Positions 63,166-64,000 of a stretch of 64,000 nt of DNA are shown piece by piece. Source of the stretch: Podarcis erhardii (Eukaryota); the NCBI GenBank assembly GCA_964252035.1, contig OZ176216.1, one strand, 5' to 3'. The notes beneath the pieces are model-generated. The model saw only the letters and a list, made by a program, of their open reading frames with translations. It was not told the origin of the DNA and ran no database searches. The stretch's first letter is position 1. Each line of letters opens with the position of its first letter. A program made the position numbers and the translations under genes.

Positions 63166-64000
63166 TCAATTCAGATCAAACAGACTGTGTTTACACGCAA
63201 CACCTAAGCTTAGCTCTCTAAGTGACATTTTGCAAGCCATTGGCAGCATACTTTCAAATCTTAAATTGCAACCTTATAGGCAGTGTTTATTACTGGGGTT
63301 CTCCCCCCCCCCTCGGAGGGTACAAAAGCCATCCATTACATTGTGACTGCGCAGGATTTACTCCCCTGCCGAGTGCTGAAGTGTCCAGCAGGTGCAGCAG
63401 AGTTTGACTTAAGCAGTGTCGCAGTCCCTAACCAGAATATTCTATAGAACATCTCGCTGCAACATTCAGCCAAGGGCAGCCTCACTGTTGGTACCAAATG
63501 CTCGTTCAACTTACAGGTGTCTCTGTTTTCTGCAAATGCTAGCAAGGAAGCAAATCTCTGTTTTCCTCTTTTAGTGGGATGCAGCCTTTTCCTTTACAGA
63601 GCTCTGTGCGCTGCAGGTGAATCATGGGCGAGGCTTAAGGAAGGGCTTCCAAAGAGTGACCAGTTCGCAGGTTAACAGGCATTAGATCAGCAGCTTTTAA
63701 ATTTTGCATGAAAGGTCTCTGCTTATTACAAGAACGAGGTATGTTATTTCAGCAGGTTTATGGCGAATCATAAAAATAGTAAAGATTCCTCTGGCAGGCC
63801 TGATGCTGCTAGGGGCTGGAGCAGACATAATGGAGCTGCAGTTAAAAGAGCAGGGGCCGGAGACCATATTTCATGCCTTCTCCCCACACCCCCTCCCTGG
63901 CTCCAGTTGCCTACTGAGGAGTCTCCCTTCATATGAGCTGCCAAAAAGTCAGTTCCCCATGGTTCTCCTTTAAAGACCCATGAATTGATTGCAGCAGCAT

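Overview
This is vertebrate nuclear DNA, not a prokaryotic locus. There are no operons, CRISPR arrays or long intact ORFs. The repeat content (Sauria SINEs, a tRNA-Lys/CR1-tail SINE, squamate Tc1/mariner MITEs) points to a squamate, most likely a lacertid lizard (inference). The whole window lies inside the + strand CUX1 (CUX1/CASP) gene. Six coding exons, equivalent to human exons 3-8, splice in frame through GT-AG sites: 27410-27457, 34668-34746, 47960-48097, 51197-51320, 52641-52717 and 53809-53875 (533 nt in total), encoding the N-terminal coiled-coil region. Exons 2 and 9 were not found and presumably lie outside the window. The rest is intron: TA-flanked Tc1/mariner MITEs, hAT MITEs, SINEs, L1/L2/CR1/Rex1/Penelope fragments, probable DIRS relics, microsatellites and several TE-free motif-rich islands. 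I found no demonstrably new biological system. The best leads are (1) two nested inverted-repeat pairs around the frame-preserving exon 5 and exons 5-6, (2) a candidate internal promoter/first exon in intron 3, (3) an in-frame 42-nt candidate exon in intron 8, (4) a perfect 20-bp palindrome in a TAAT-rich island, (5) a fragmented DIRS-like fossil, and (6) a Rex1 fragment nested in an L1. All homology calls are by-eye from remembered consensus sequences; no database searches were run.
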